Source: Candidatus Micrarchaeota archaeon
GTDB lineage: Archaea; Micrarchaeota; Micrarchaeia; Anstonellales; Bilamarchaeaceae
NCBI GenBank assembly: GCA_043812915.1
Contig: JBDRLQ010000020.1
Coordinates: forward strand, 23,109 to 87,108
Length of the DNA stretch: 64,000 bases
Direction: 5' to 3'
Position 1 is the stretch's first letter, and every line of letters starts with the position of its first letter. Below, in pieces: positions 28,864 through 36,810 of the stretch. Position numbers and translations under genes: made by a program. The notes under the pieces are model-generated. The model did no database searches, had not been told where the DNA came from, and worked only from the letters and a program-made list of their open reading frames with translations.

Positions 28864-30030
28864 TCAGAGCTGCTCGATTACCCTGTCTGTTGCTCCTTCT
28901 GCTGCTCCTAATGGCCTAAGGCTGAACCGCTTTGAGAAAAGGGCCTTTACTAGGTCCTTCACTTGCACCGAATCATCAAGCCTTGCAGCACAGCCCTCCT
29001 TTGCCAGGAACTCCTGGAACCGGTATTTTCTGTCCATGCCCGGCAGGAACTGTATCACCGGAACCCCCATGATGGCGGCTGTAATCAGCGGGTTGTTGAA
29101 CGTCCCGGCGACAATGTCTGCAGCTTTTAGGAGCTCTTCCATCGTGTATTCGTTTTCAGGGTCATTCCCCCTTGCGCTGATGGGGTTGTGGAGCACCTTT
29201 GCGATATTCCGGGTATCCACTGCGAACGCTTCCTGCGCGCCTTCCTTCCTGAATGGGTGCGGCCTGACTATCACGTTGATTTTCATTCCTTCTGATTCCG
29301 CAAGCTCATCAATGGCCTGCAGGAACTGCCCCAGAACGCCCTTCTCCGTGAATCCGAGGTCCGGGTAAGCGTCCATTTGGTCGCTCATGAATACGATGAG
29401 CTTCCCACCATATTTGAATGTCGAGAAAACCGGTTTCTCAAGCAGCGTCTTTCTTGTCTCAGGAGGAAGATTTGCCGCTTCATTAAGCACATGCTCGAAA
29501 TATGGATTGCCAGTAACGACCAGTCTTTCCGTTGGCAACCCGGCTGCGATAAGTTCCTCCCTCGCCATTTCCCCTGGAAGGGCAATCACCGAAGGAATGC
29601 GGGCGGGGCCGCCCCTTACGATGACCATCTTTCCTGCTTCATCAGGGTCAAGGTCGCGGAATCTTTCGGCAAGGCAGTCCCAGCTGTCTACCAAAGCGAC
29701 GCTCTTTATCCGTGCTATCCCCGAGGTGGCCCAAAGCGCCTGCTCCAGTGTCCTCTCATGCTCCTCGTCCTGCAATTGCGTGCCTGTGAGGAGGGTGTCA
29801 GGACCAAACTGCCCTATCTCCGCCCTGCAGTTTCTTGATGAGGCATTCTCAAGAATCCTGTCCGGCTCAATGCCCATCGCCCTGAAGGAGTCCGTTGCGG
29901 CCCTGTATGAAAGAACACGCACCTGCGCTCCCCCCTCCCTCAGCCTTTTCACGACTGGAGATACCGCTTCCGCCCCACCGTTCATGGAGGCGCCAACAAG
30001 AATTTTCTTAGAACTATGCTGATTTGACAT
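28864..30030 (-). CDS. GT-B fold glycosyltransferase-like protein
   Basis: LVVTGNPYFE, IVRPHP, LLKAADIVAG...AAIMGVPVI. Confidence 0.7.
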   Translation of the reverse strand: MSNQHSSKKILVGASMNGGAEAVSPVVKRLREGGAQVRVLSYRAATDSFRAMGIEPDRILENASSRNCRAEIGQFGPDTLLTGTQLQDEEHERTLEQALWATSGIARIKSVALVDSWDCLAERFRDLDPDEAGKMVIVRGGPARIPSVIALPGEMAREELIAAGLPTERLVVTGNPYFEHVLNEAANLPPETRKTLLEKPVFSTFKYGGKLIVFMSDQMDAYPDLGFTEKGVLGQFLQAIDELAESEGMKINVIVRPHPFRKEGAQEAFAVDTRNIAKVLHNPISARGNDPENEYTMEELLKAADIVAGTFNNPLITAAIMGVPVIQFLPGMDRKYRFQEFLAKEGCAARLDDSVQVKDLVKALFSKRFSLRPLGAAEGATDRVIEQL

Positions 30031-30130
30031 AAGGATATTATGTGGTAAGTATAGTTTTAAAGAGAATCTATTAGGCCTGGAAGGTCAAGGTTTTATAATG
30101 TTAGACTAGTAAGCGGACTGGGCGATACCC

Positions 30131-30406
30131 ATGGACTTCAAAAGATCGATAAAATGCTCGAACTGCGGCAACGAGACCACTATCTACCTGAACAGCGAAC
30201 TGGAGATGAGTGAGCTCCTGCTGGCTGGCAAGTGCGCCAGGTGCGGCAACAGCCTCCAGATGACATTCAACATCGTTGAGAAAGGCTCCGCGGAAGCATC
30301 ATCCTCAGATTCTTCCGGAGAGGATGAGCCGACAGTCAGCCTGGACGAAAGCCTTTTCACACCTGATATCCCAAGCGACACAATAAAGGACCTTATGGGA
30401 GAGTAA
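30131..30406 (+). CDS. Zn-ribbon protein with acidic tail
   Basis: CSNCG...CARCG. Confidence 0.7.
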   Translation: MDFKRSIKCSNCGNETTIYLNSELEMSELLLAGKCARCGNSLQMTFNIVEKGSAEASSSDSSGEDEPTVSLDESLFTPDIPSDTIKDLMGE

Positions 30407-31166
30407 GTATTCCCCTTATGGAATCAAGGATATAATCAGGCCTTTTCTCTTTTTCCAGTTTATCCACATCCTTCCTAGTGGCAACCCCGGTTAGCACCAG
30501 CGCGCTCTTAATCCCGGCCTTTTTCCCTGCCAGGATATCCGTTTCCAGCATGTCCCCCACAATCAGCACGTCTTCTTTCCTGAGGCCATGCTCCTCCATA
30601 ATCATATCAATCAGGAACGTATTCGGCTTTCCCATGACAAGAGGCTCCTTTCCTGTAGATTTTCTGATGAATGCGACCACTGCGCCGGCCCCAGGCAGGA
30701 ATCCCTCTTCCACCGGGAAAGTCGCATCCTCATTTGTGGCGATGAATGCCGCTCCGGAGTGGATCGCCTTGAATGCGGTCGCGAGCTTTTCATATGTCAG
30801 CCCGCGGTCAAGCCCGACAACAACCACGTCTGCAGAGGCATCCTCGACAACCTCCACCCCCATCTCTTCCATCTCAGCCTGGATTCCGCCCTCGCATACC
30901 GCGAATACGGTTTTTCCAGGATAATTGTCGGCCACGTATTTTGCCGATGCGTAGGACGAGCTGTACACTTCCTCCCTGGATGCCTCAATATTGAACTTCC
31001 TTATGGTTTCCGCCCTCTCCCCCCTTGAGTTGGTTGACGCGTTGGTCAGGAAGAATACCCTCACCCCCCCTGCCCTCAGTTTCTCGATGGTTTCTTTTGC
31101 GCCAGCGATTGCTGATTTCCCTTTGTAGACCGTCCCGTCGAGGTCAAGGAGAACTGCTTTGAACAT
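30393..31166 (-). CDS. HAD-IIA family hydrolase (NagD-like)
   Basis: DLDGT, FLTN, GKP, GDMLETDI. Confidence 0.93.
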   Translation of the reverse strand: MFKAVLLDLDGTVYKGKSAIAGAKETIEKLRAGGVRVFFLTNASTNSRGERAETIRKFNIEASREEVYSSSYASAKYVADNYPGKTVFAVCEGGIQAEMEEMGVEVVEDASADVVVVGLDRGLTYEKLATAFKAIHSGAAFIATNEDATFPVEEGFLPGAGAVVAFIRKSTGKEPLVMGKPNTFLIDMIMEEHGLRKEDVLIVGDMLETDILAGKKAGIKSALVLTGVATRKDVDKLEKEKRPDYILDSIRGILTLP

Positions 31167-31199
31167 GGATTTATATTGGCCTCGTACATTATTTCAATC

Positions 31200-31820
31200 A
31201 TGCGATTGGCAGTGCTCTTCTCGGGAGGAAAAGACAGCGTGTTCGCCGCTTTCTGGGCGATGCAGCAGGGCTTCGAGCCCGTGCTTGTTACTGCCGTCCC
31301 TGAGGAATACTCCATGATGTTTCATCATCCTAACGTCCAGCTTGCAAAGAAGCAGGCGAAGGTGATGGGCCTCAAGCATTCATTCGTTGAAGTGGGTGAG
31401 GGCAACTGGCATAAGAAGCTCAAGGCAGAGCTTCAGAAGGTTGGTGCGGAGGGCATAGTGACAGGCGCAATCGCAAGCGAATACCAGAGATGGAGGATTG
31501 AGGGGCTTGCGGAGGATTTGGGCATTCCAACATACGGGCCGCTCTGGCACAAGGAGGATGAGCTTTTTGATGAGATGCTTACTTACCTTGAGATTTACAT
31601 CTCAGCTGTTTCTGCAGATGGCCTTGATGAAAAATGGCTCGGGAGGCAATTGAAGGAGCTTGCAAAAAATCCGCCGAAGAACATCCATCCCTTCCTCGAG
31701 GGCGGGGAAGGGGAGACATTTGTCGCCAATGCGCCGTTCTTCAAATCCCGGATAAAGATAAAGGAATGGAAAAAGAGCTGGGATGGGGTCCGCGGGGTAG
31801 CGGAGATTGTGGTAGAATAA
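31200..31820 (+). CDS. dph6: Diphthine--ammonia ligase-like PP-loop ATPase
   Basis: LFSGGKDS, SMMFH, GAIASEYQ, PLW, EGGEGET. Confidence 0.88.
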   Translation: MRLAVLFSGGKDSVFAAFWAMQQGFEPVLVTAVPEEYSMMFHHPNVQLAKKQAKVMGLKHSFVEVGEGNWHKKLKAELQKVGAEGIVTGAIASEYQRWRIEGLAEDLGIPTYGPLWHKEDELFDEMLTYLEIYISAVSADGLDEKWLGRQLKELAKNPPKNIHPFLEGGEGETFVANAPFFKSRIKIKEWKKSWDGVRGVAEIVVE

Positions 31821-31865
31821 GTTTTAAAAAGTCCACCACTTATATGTTGTAATTGAGGAGCGTCA

Positions 31866-33161
31866 ATGACATCATCCCAGAAAAGAATTCTCAGCCCAGC
31901 CAGCGCTATGCAGAACGGAAGCTCCAGCCCGAATTCTGGCAGGAAGATATATTCTCCTGGCCTGACATCATGCCGCAAGCCCCACGGCAGAATCGAGGGT
32001 GCGCGGGTGCTACAGCACGGGCGTGAGCGCGCGACTTTCTGGGAAGCAAATAAGCTCATTTCTGAAATCCGCAGGATGGGGGAGCCGGATGAATCAGACG
32101 AGGAATTTTACGCTGCAATCGGGGTTCCGGCATCGACCAGGCACTGGTTCTATGATATGGAGCCTATAGACAGGGTTGGTATCAGCCTTGTTTCGCTGCG
32201 GATGGCATCACTCCTTGCAAGGGACCGGACACTCCTCCCTCCCAGGCTGAGGGATTCATTTTCCACAATAGGAGCCGTGTGGGCCGGCGAATCCCTTGTA
32301 GTGTACCCAAGGCCAGGGCGCGAGCTTCCGCAGATGCTCGCCTGGGGGGATCAGAACGGAATGAATCGCTATTCTGTTGATACGCAGGGATTCTTAGGAA
32401 AGAGCGGGATAGCCCTGCTCATCAAGGACTATGTGCGCCGGGAATATGATATGGGTAGCTCGTTCCTGCACCTTATCATACCAAATTTCCAGTCAATAGA
32501 AGTGATTGAGGATTTCCCCCAGACCAGCGGGCTTTTCCATATAAAGGATGATAATAGCCCCTTTGGGGAGAAAGGCTCAGTCATCGACCTCTACAGGAAC
32601 AATCGCGGAGCAGGCATATCCCCGATTGTCAGGGATTTGCGCGAGCCCCCGGACATCGTGTATGTTGACGTTCCCCCAAATGAAGAGCTGGATGTAGTCG
32701 TGGAGCTTCCGGATGCGACCGAATCAGGGGGGGATTTTGCCAAGGGCGTTCTCCAATACCTGAAGGCAATCGAAGCAGAGAGGGAACTGATGGCCGCCTT
32801 CGAGCCGCCCAAGCCCGAAACTCCTGCTCCCAAGGAAATTGAGCCTGAGCATGGGCCTGAATTTTCCCAAAATGATGTCCGCAAGGTGGTGAGGGCTGCC
32901 GTTTCCCTGGTTTGCCCCCCTGCAAGTTCAACTCTTGGCTCGGAGGGAACCCTGCAGATTATCACGGGCAGCAGGCTCCACGAGGCCTTCAGGCACCCGG
33001 CCGAGCTGGCATCGGCTGCAGGCGGGGAAGAGGCACTAAAGCATCAGATTCGGACATCGCTCGGCATGGCCCTGAACCAGCGGGCAGGGACCACCGTCCA
33101 GCTCTTTGGGGATACTTTTTCTGTGCTGTGCCATGCCCTTGGGCTCGATAAAAAGAAATGA
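31866..33161 (+). CDS. Hypothetical protein
   Basis: 431-aa ORF with no recognised motif. Confidence 0.65.
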   Translation: MTSSQKRILSPASAMQNGSSSPNSGRKIYSPGLTSCRKPHGRIEGARVLQHGRERATFWEANKLISEIRRMGEPDESDEEFYAAIGVPASTRHWFYDMEPIDRVGISLVSLRMASLLARDRTLLPPRLRDSFSTIGAVWAGESLVVYPRPGRELPQMLAWGDQNGMNRYSVDTQGFLGKSGIALLIKDYVRREYDMGSSFLHLIIPNFQSIEVIEDFPQTSGLFHIKDDNSPFGEKGSVIDLYRNNRGAGISPIVRDLREPPDIVYVDVPPNEELDVVVELPDATESGGDFAKGVLQYLKAIEAERELMAAFEPPKPETPAPKEIEPEHGPEFSQNDVRKVVRAAVSLVCPPASSTLGSEGTLQIITGSRLHEAFRHPAELASAAGGEEALKHQIRTSLGMALNQRAGTTVQLFGDTFSVLCHALGLDKKK

Positions 33162-33168
33162 AAAACGC

Positions 33169-33723
33169 CTACCTTGAGGCGTAGTTGCACTGGTATGACT
33201 CGGTCAGCCAGCCATTATTCAGGCATTTTTCCGAAGTTCCTTCGGGGGCGCAAACCGAGCCCTCAATGCACCATGTGCATCCGCTTCCGCTGAGGCAGGC
33301 GACACAGTTGGTCAGATCAGAGCAGCTCTCACCGGCATCCACTACGCTGCAGCCTGGGACTGTGACTGTCCATTCATCAGTTTTGCATGAGCCGGTATCA
33401 GGTCCGCTCTCATCGCCGAAATGGCATGAGTTGCTCTCCTTGCACCATCCACAGTTCTTCTTTGCCAGGCAGCTCTCGCAGTTCGGGGCGAGCATTGAGC
33501 AGTCCTCCTGCGAGTGCGCTGTTGATGAGTACCCAGGATCCCCAGGCTCGGGAGTCACTTCCGGCTCTGGTGCCGGCGGCGTTATTCCTTCGGGCTCCTC
33601 TGGCTGCGCTTCAGGCTGCACATGGACCTGCGGAGGCTGTGCCTGGGGCGTCTCTTCCGGCTGCCCGGTGCATCCGGCAAAGAGCAGCATTCCGAACAAT
33701 AATAGAACCAATAGTTGCTTCAT
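33169..33723 (-). CDS. Predicted lipoprotein with Pro/Glu linker and two PSI-like Cys-rich repeats
   Basis: LLFAG|C lipobox; C-x5-CESCL-x4-CGWC-x5-C and C-x5-CVACL-x4-CTWC-x5-C. Confidence 0.75.
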   Translation of the reverse strand: MKQLLVLLLFGMLLFAGCTGQPEETPQAQPPQVHVQPEAQPEEPEGITPPAPEPEVTPEPGDPGYSSTAHSQEDCSMLAPNCESCLAKKNCGWCKESNSCHFGDESGPDTGSCKTDEWTVTVPGCSVVDAGESCSDLTNCVACLSGSGCTWCIEGSVCAPEGTSEKCLNNGWLTESYQCNYASR

Positions 33724-33732
33724 AAATATCAC

Positions 33733-34719
33733 CTATACGCTAAGGTCTACTTCCTTTTTCCCATTTTTGAGCCAGACGCCCTTCTTGTCGGTGACCTCTC
33801 CGATTATGGATGCCTCGACATCATGCTTCTTGGCAATGTTCATCACGGTCCCGGCCCGGTCCTCAGGAAGAATAATCACCATGCCGACCCCCATGTTGAA
33901 GGTCCTGTGCATATCCACGAAGCTATCCACCTTCCTGGCAAGCTCCTTGAAAACCGGCGCAGGCTCAGGCAGGTCCGTGAGCTTGTATCCAACTTCCTTG
34001 TTGAGCCGGTTTATCTTAGAGAATGAGCCTCCTGTTATGTGCGCTATGCCATGGAGGTCACAGGCGTCAATCATCTCCAGAACCGCGTTGACGTAGATTT
34101 TCGTTGGCTCGAGCAATTCCTTCCCCCATTCCTTCACGTCGAGCGCTTTCCTCGCAAGCGTGTATCCGTTGGAGTGGATTCCAGAGCTCTCGAGGCCGAC
34201 AATCACATCTCCCTTCTCGATATCATCTCCCAGGATGAGCTTCTTCACCCTCCCGACAACAGTGAACGTTAGGTCAAAGGGCTTTGCACCCCCTTTGATG
34301 ATGTCCGGGATAATCGCCGTCTCTCCGCCTACAATAGCACAGCTGCTCTCCTCCGCGCCCTTGACAAGCCCTTTCATTATCTGGCTAACAAGCTCATCAT
34401 CCTCCCTGGCCAGCCCGATATAATCAACCCCGACGAGGGGCTCGGCGCCCACACAGAGGATATCATTGACGCTCATGGCAATCGCATCGATTCCGACGGT
34501 ATCGTATTTCCCCATCTGCTGGGCTACGATGAGCTTGGTGCCCACCCCATCGGTGTGGATGACCAGTTTCTCATCCCCGCATTTGAAGAGGCCCCCGTAA
34601 TGGCCAAAGACTGGAAGAGCCTCGCCAAAGCCTTTCCTATACTCGAAAGTCTTCTTTATGTTGTCCCAGATGCTCCCCTGCATCTTGCGTACGTGTCCAA
34701 CATCAATGTCATATTTCAT
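33733..34719 (-). CDS. purM: AIR synthetase
   Basis: TDGVGTK, VGGETA, SSGIHSNGY, HITGG, TFNMGVG. Confidence 0.96.
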   Translation of the reverse strand: MKYDIDVGHVRKMQGSIWDNIKKTFEYRKGFGEALPVFGHYGGLFKCGDEKLVIHTDGVGTKLIVAQQMGKYDTVGIDAIAMSVNDILCVGAEPLVGVDYIGLAREDDELVSQIMKGLVKGAEESSCAIVGGETAIIPDIIKGGAKPFDLTFTVVGRVKKLILGDDIEKGDVIVGLESSGIHSNGYTLARKALDVKEWGKELLEPTKIYVNAVLEMIDACDLHGIAHITGGSFSKINRLNKEVGYKLTDLPEPAPVFKELARKVDSFVDMHRTFNMGVGMVIILPEDRAGTVMNIAKKHDVEASIIGEVTDKKGVWLKNGKKEVDLSV

Positions 34720-34805
34720 AGTGAACCTCTTTGTCGGGCATTCCCTCTCCCCACCCTGGTTTTTAGAATTCAAGTATTCTCTATTGCCTAAATAAATATT
34801 TAAGA

Positions 34806-35318
34806 ATGTTGGGGGATTTATCCATCAGTGATTCAATGAGGCTTATCGGTGCTTTCGTCGAGTTTGCAAGGCGTGTTCTTTCTGCTGCAAAGAAGGGCGG
34901 ACTGGCAAGAAGGGACCTCCTGAAGCTCGACAACCTGCTAAGCCGCACCGGAAGGCGGAACACCATCCTTGCAAAAGGAATCCTCAGCGCCCTCAGCGCC
35001 GGCGGCGCCAGCGATGATGATATCCGCAGGTTCGGCTCTATGCTCGGCCGCGCCAACCAGAGGATAATGGACGACAAGGAGCCGTTCACCTCCAAGGAGA
35101 GGGATGAGATAACACAAATCTTCAGGCGCGCCTATGTTTCGCAGAAGACTGCCAGGTGGTTCAGCAGCCAGATGGACGAGCTGGTCGCCGAGGAAATCAA
35201 AGAGTACATTTCAGGAAAGCGCAGGGTGGATATCGGCGGGGTCCCAAGGAAGAAGACGGTCAGCTTTGACGTCGAGACCCAGGCCAAAACAACCGGAAAA
35301 AAAAGAAGAACGGCATAG
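34806..35318 (+). CDS. Hypothetical protein
   Basis: 170-aa ORF upstream of, and co-oriented with, the LAGLIDADG-like gene. Confidence 0.6.
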   Translation: MLGDLSISDSMRLIGAFVEFARRVLSAAKKGGLARRDLLKLDNLLSRTGRRNTILAKGILSALSAGGASDDDIRRFGSMLGRANQRIMDDKEPFTSKERDEITQIFRRAYVSQKTARWFSSQMDELVAEEIKEYISGKRRVDIGGVPRKKTVSFDVETQAKTTGKKRRTA

Positions 35319-35327
35319 GGAAGCAAA

Positions 35328-35831
35328 ATGAAAATCAAGCTCACTCCTGAATTATCCTATATTATCGGATTGTGGCGCAAATGCCGGATCCCTGACGGCC
35401 TCGGGGTCAAAGGCGGGAAGGACCTTCTGGAAATCTTCTCCAAGGAAGCCCTTGACCGGGAGCTCACCACTTCTGACAAGCTGCTGACCGATGAAGCCGG
35501 GGAAACTGTTTTTTTCTATCACACTGCATACCGCAAGTTCTTCCAGGACATCGAAAAAGACCAGTTGCAGCGGTTCAAGTACCTTAATGAATACGCGGCG
35601 AACTATCTTGCCGGCATTTTCGATGGGGCCGGCGACATTGATGAGAAAGGCATCGTTTCAATGAAGCGGATGAACCGCAATGATGAGATGCTGCTGCTCC
35701 GCCTTGGCTTCCATTCAAAGAGGAGGGGCGAGCTGCTTATCGTGGAGAGGCCGATTGTGTTCCTCGCGTTCATAAAGAATTTCGTGAAATTGAAGAAGGA
35801 CAACAAGGCTTTTGGGTACCTAGACAGATAA
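35328..35831 (+). CDS. Degenerate LAGLIDADG-like domain protein
   Basis: Two motif-like helices, LTPELSYIIGLW and NYLAGIFDGAG, plus LLLRLGF; catalytic acidic residues appear lost. Confidence 0.6.
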   Translation: MKIKLTPELSYIIGLWRKCRIPDGLGVKGGKDLLEIFSKEALDRELTTSDKLLTDEAGETVFFYHTAYRKFFQDIEKDQLQRFKYLNEYAANYLAGIFDGAGDIDEKGIVSMKRMNRNDEMLLLRLGFHSKRRGELLIVERPIVFLAFIKNFVKLKKDNKAFGYLDR

Positions 35832-35846
35832 TTCCTCTTTTTGCCA

Positions 35847-35856
35847 TTTTTTAAAA
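35847..35856 (+). promoter_or_regulatory. TATA-like element for the putative ncRNA
   Basis: TTTTTTAAAA with its centre about 22 nt upstream of the first hairpin. Confidence 0.45.
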
Positions 35857-35871
35857 CTATTTCCCATCCAT

Positions 35872-36750
35872 ATGCCCGATAGGGCGTTAAGCTTCCCCCC
35901 GATTATTTGCATGGGAATTGAGAACTATCCCAGTGAGCTAACCTCCCTGTTCGGCGCGCGCATCATAAGGATTTTTGCAGCCCTAATCCTAATTCCGAGC
36001 AGGCCAGGTTTCGGGCGGAGGAGTCTCTCGGTTCTGGGGTTGGCCGTGCTATTGTTGAGCGGGGCTTCACAAGGCGCTTGAATATCTTCTGAGATGCCAG
36101 GTCATTTCAAATGGGCCTCAAGCATCGTGTGTTTCTGCGCATATGATCCATTGTTCCTTTTGCTCAAGGACCTTCAAGATAAGGGGCATGAGCCAGTTCG
36201 CCAGGATAGTTCTCCGAAGCCTCTTCCCAACTGCTCTGCGGAGGAGCTCATGCAACCCCTTGCCAAGGTGCAGGGCAAAAGGGGGCAATTGCCATAGTCA
36301 CCCCAATGGGCAGGCCAGGGGGACCCGAAGGTCCCTTTCCCTCTCGCAGGTGCTCTCGAATCTGAATACATCCAACTCAGGGCTGCCGCCGCGGCGCTGG
36401 GCATGAGGAGGAAATCCGGACTTGACATCTTCCATAGCCTGATATCTCATATTGGCGACAAGCGAAGTCGCACTGGCAGCAGTCAGGGAGCCTTGGGTCT
36501 TTGTGTGATATTCGCTCCGTAGAACACTTGAAGGCCATTAAGAAGGGCAGGCTAAAGCCAGCGGCAAGAGAGGCGCTATATAAGGCTGCGACGAGGCGCG
36601 ACAAACCCGCTTTGTGTGCGGCCAGTTGCCCGGGCTAGGAGCAGACTCTTGGGGGCATTATGCGGATGGGTCGTACCGCCCGCGATAATTCATGCGGCAG
36701 AAGTGTGCTGGTTCCTGGACGGAAAAGTAGAAAGCGCGGGAGCTAGCGGG
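35872..36750 (+). ncRNA. Putative large structured non-coding RNA (~880 nt), family unidentified
   Basis: No credible ORF; nested long-range helices such as GAGAACTATCC 35920-35930 / GGATAGTTCTC 36204-36214; many hairpins; G-U pairs favour the + strand. Confidence 0.7.
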
Positions 36751-36810
36751 ATAACTTTATAATCAATATTAGTTATACTCCTAAAAGCCAAGTTTTTGGG
36801 AGGTACTTTT

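Noticed and set aside
36405..36614. RNase P RNA (GAGGAAATCCGGAC and ACAAACCCGCTTT resemble CR-I and CR-V)
   Set aside because: Both motifs are short of consensus and the two P4 strands are not complementary. It is not supported by eye, though cmscan should still be run.
35872..36750. SRP RNA, or the small ORFs in this region as real genes
   Set aside because: There is no CAGG-NNN-GNRA-NNN-AGCAG helix 8 and the region is far too long for SRP. The ORFs are short, overlapping and lack motifs.
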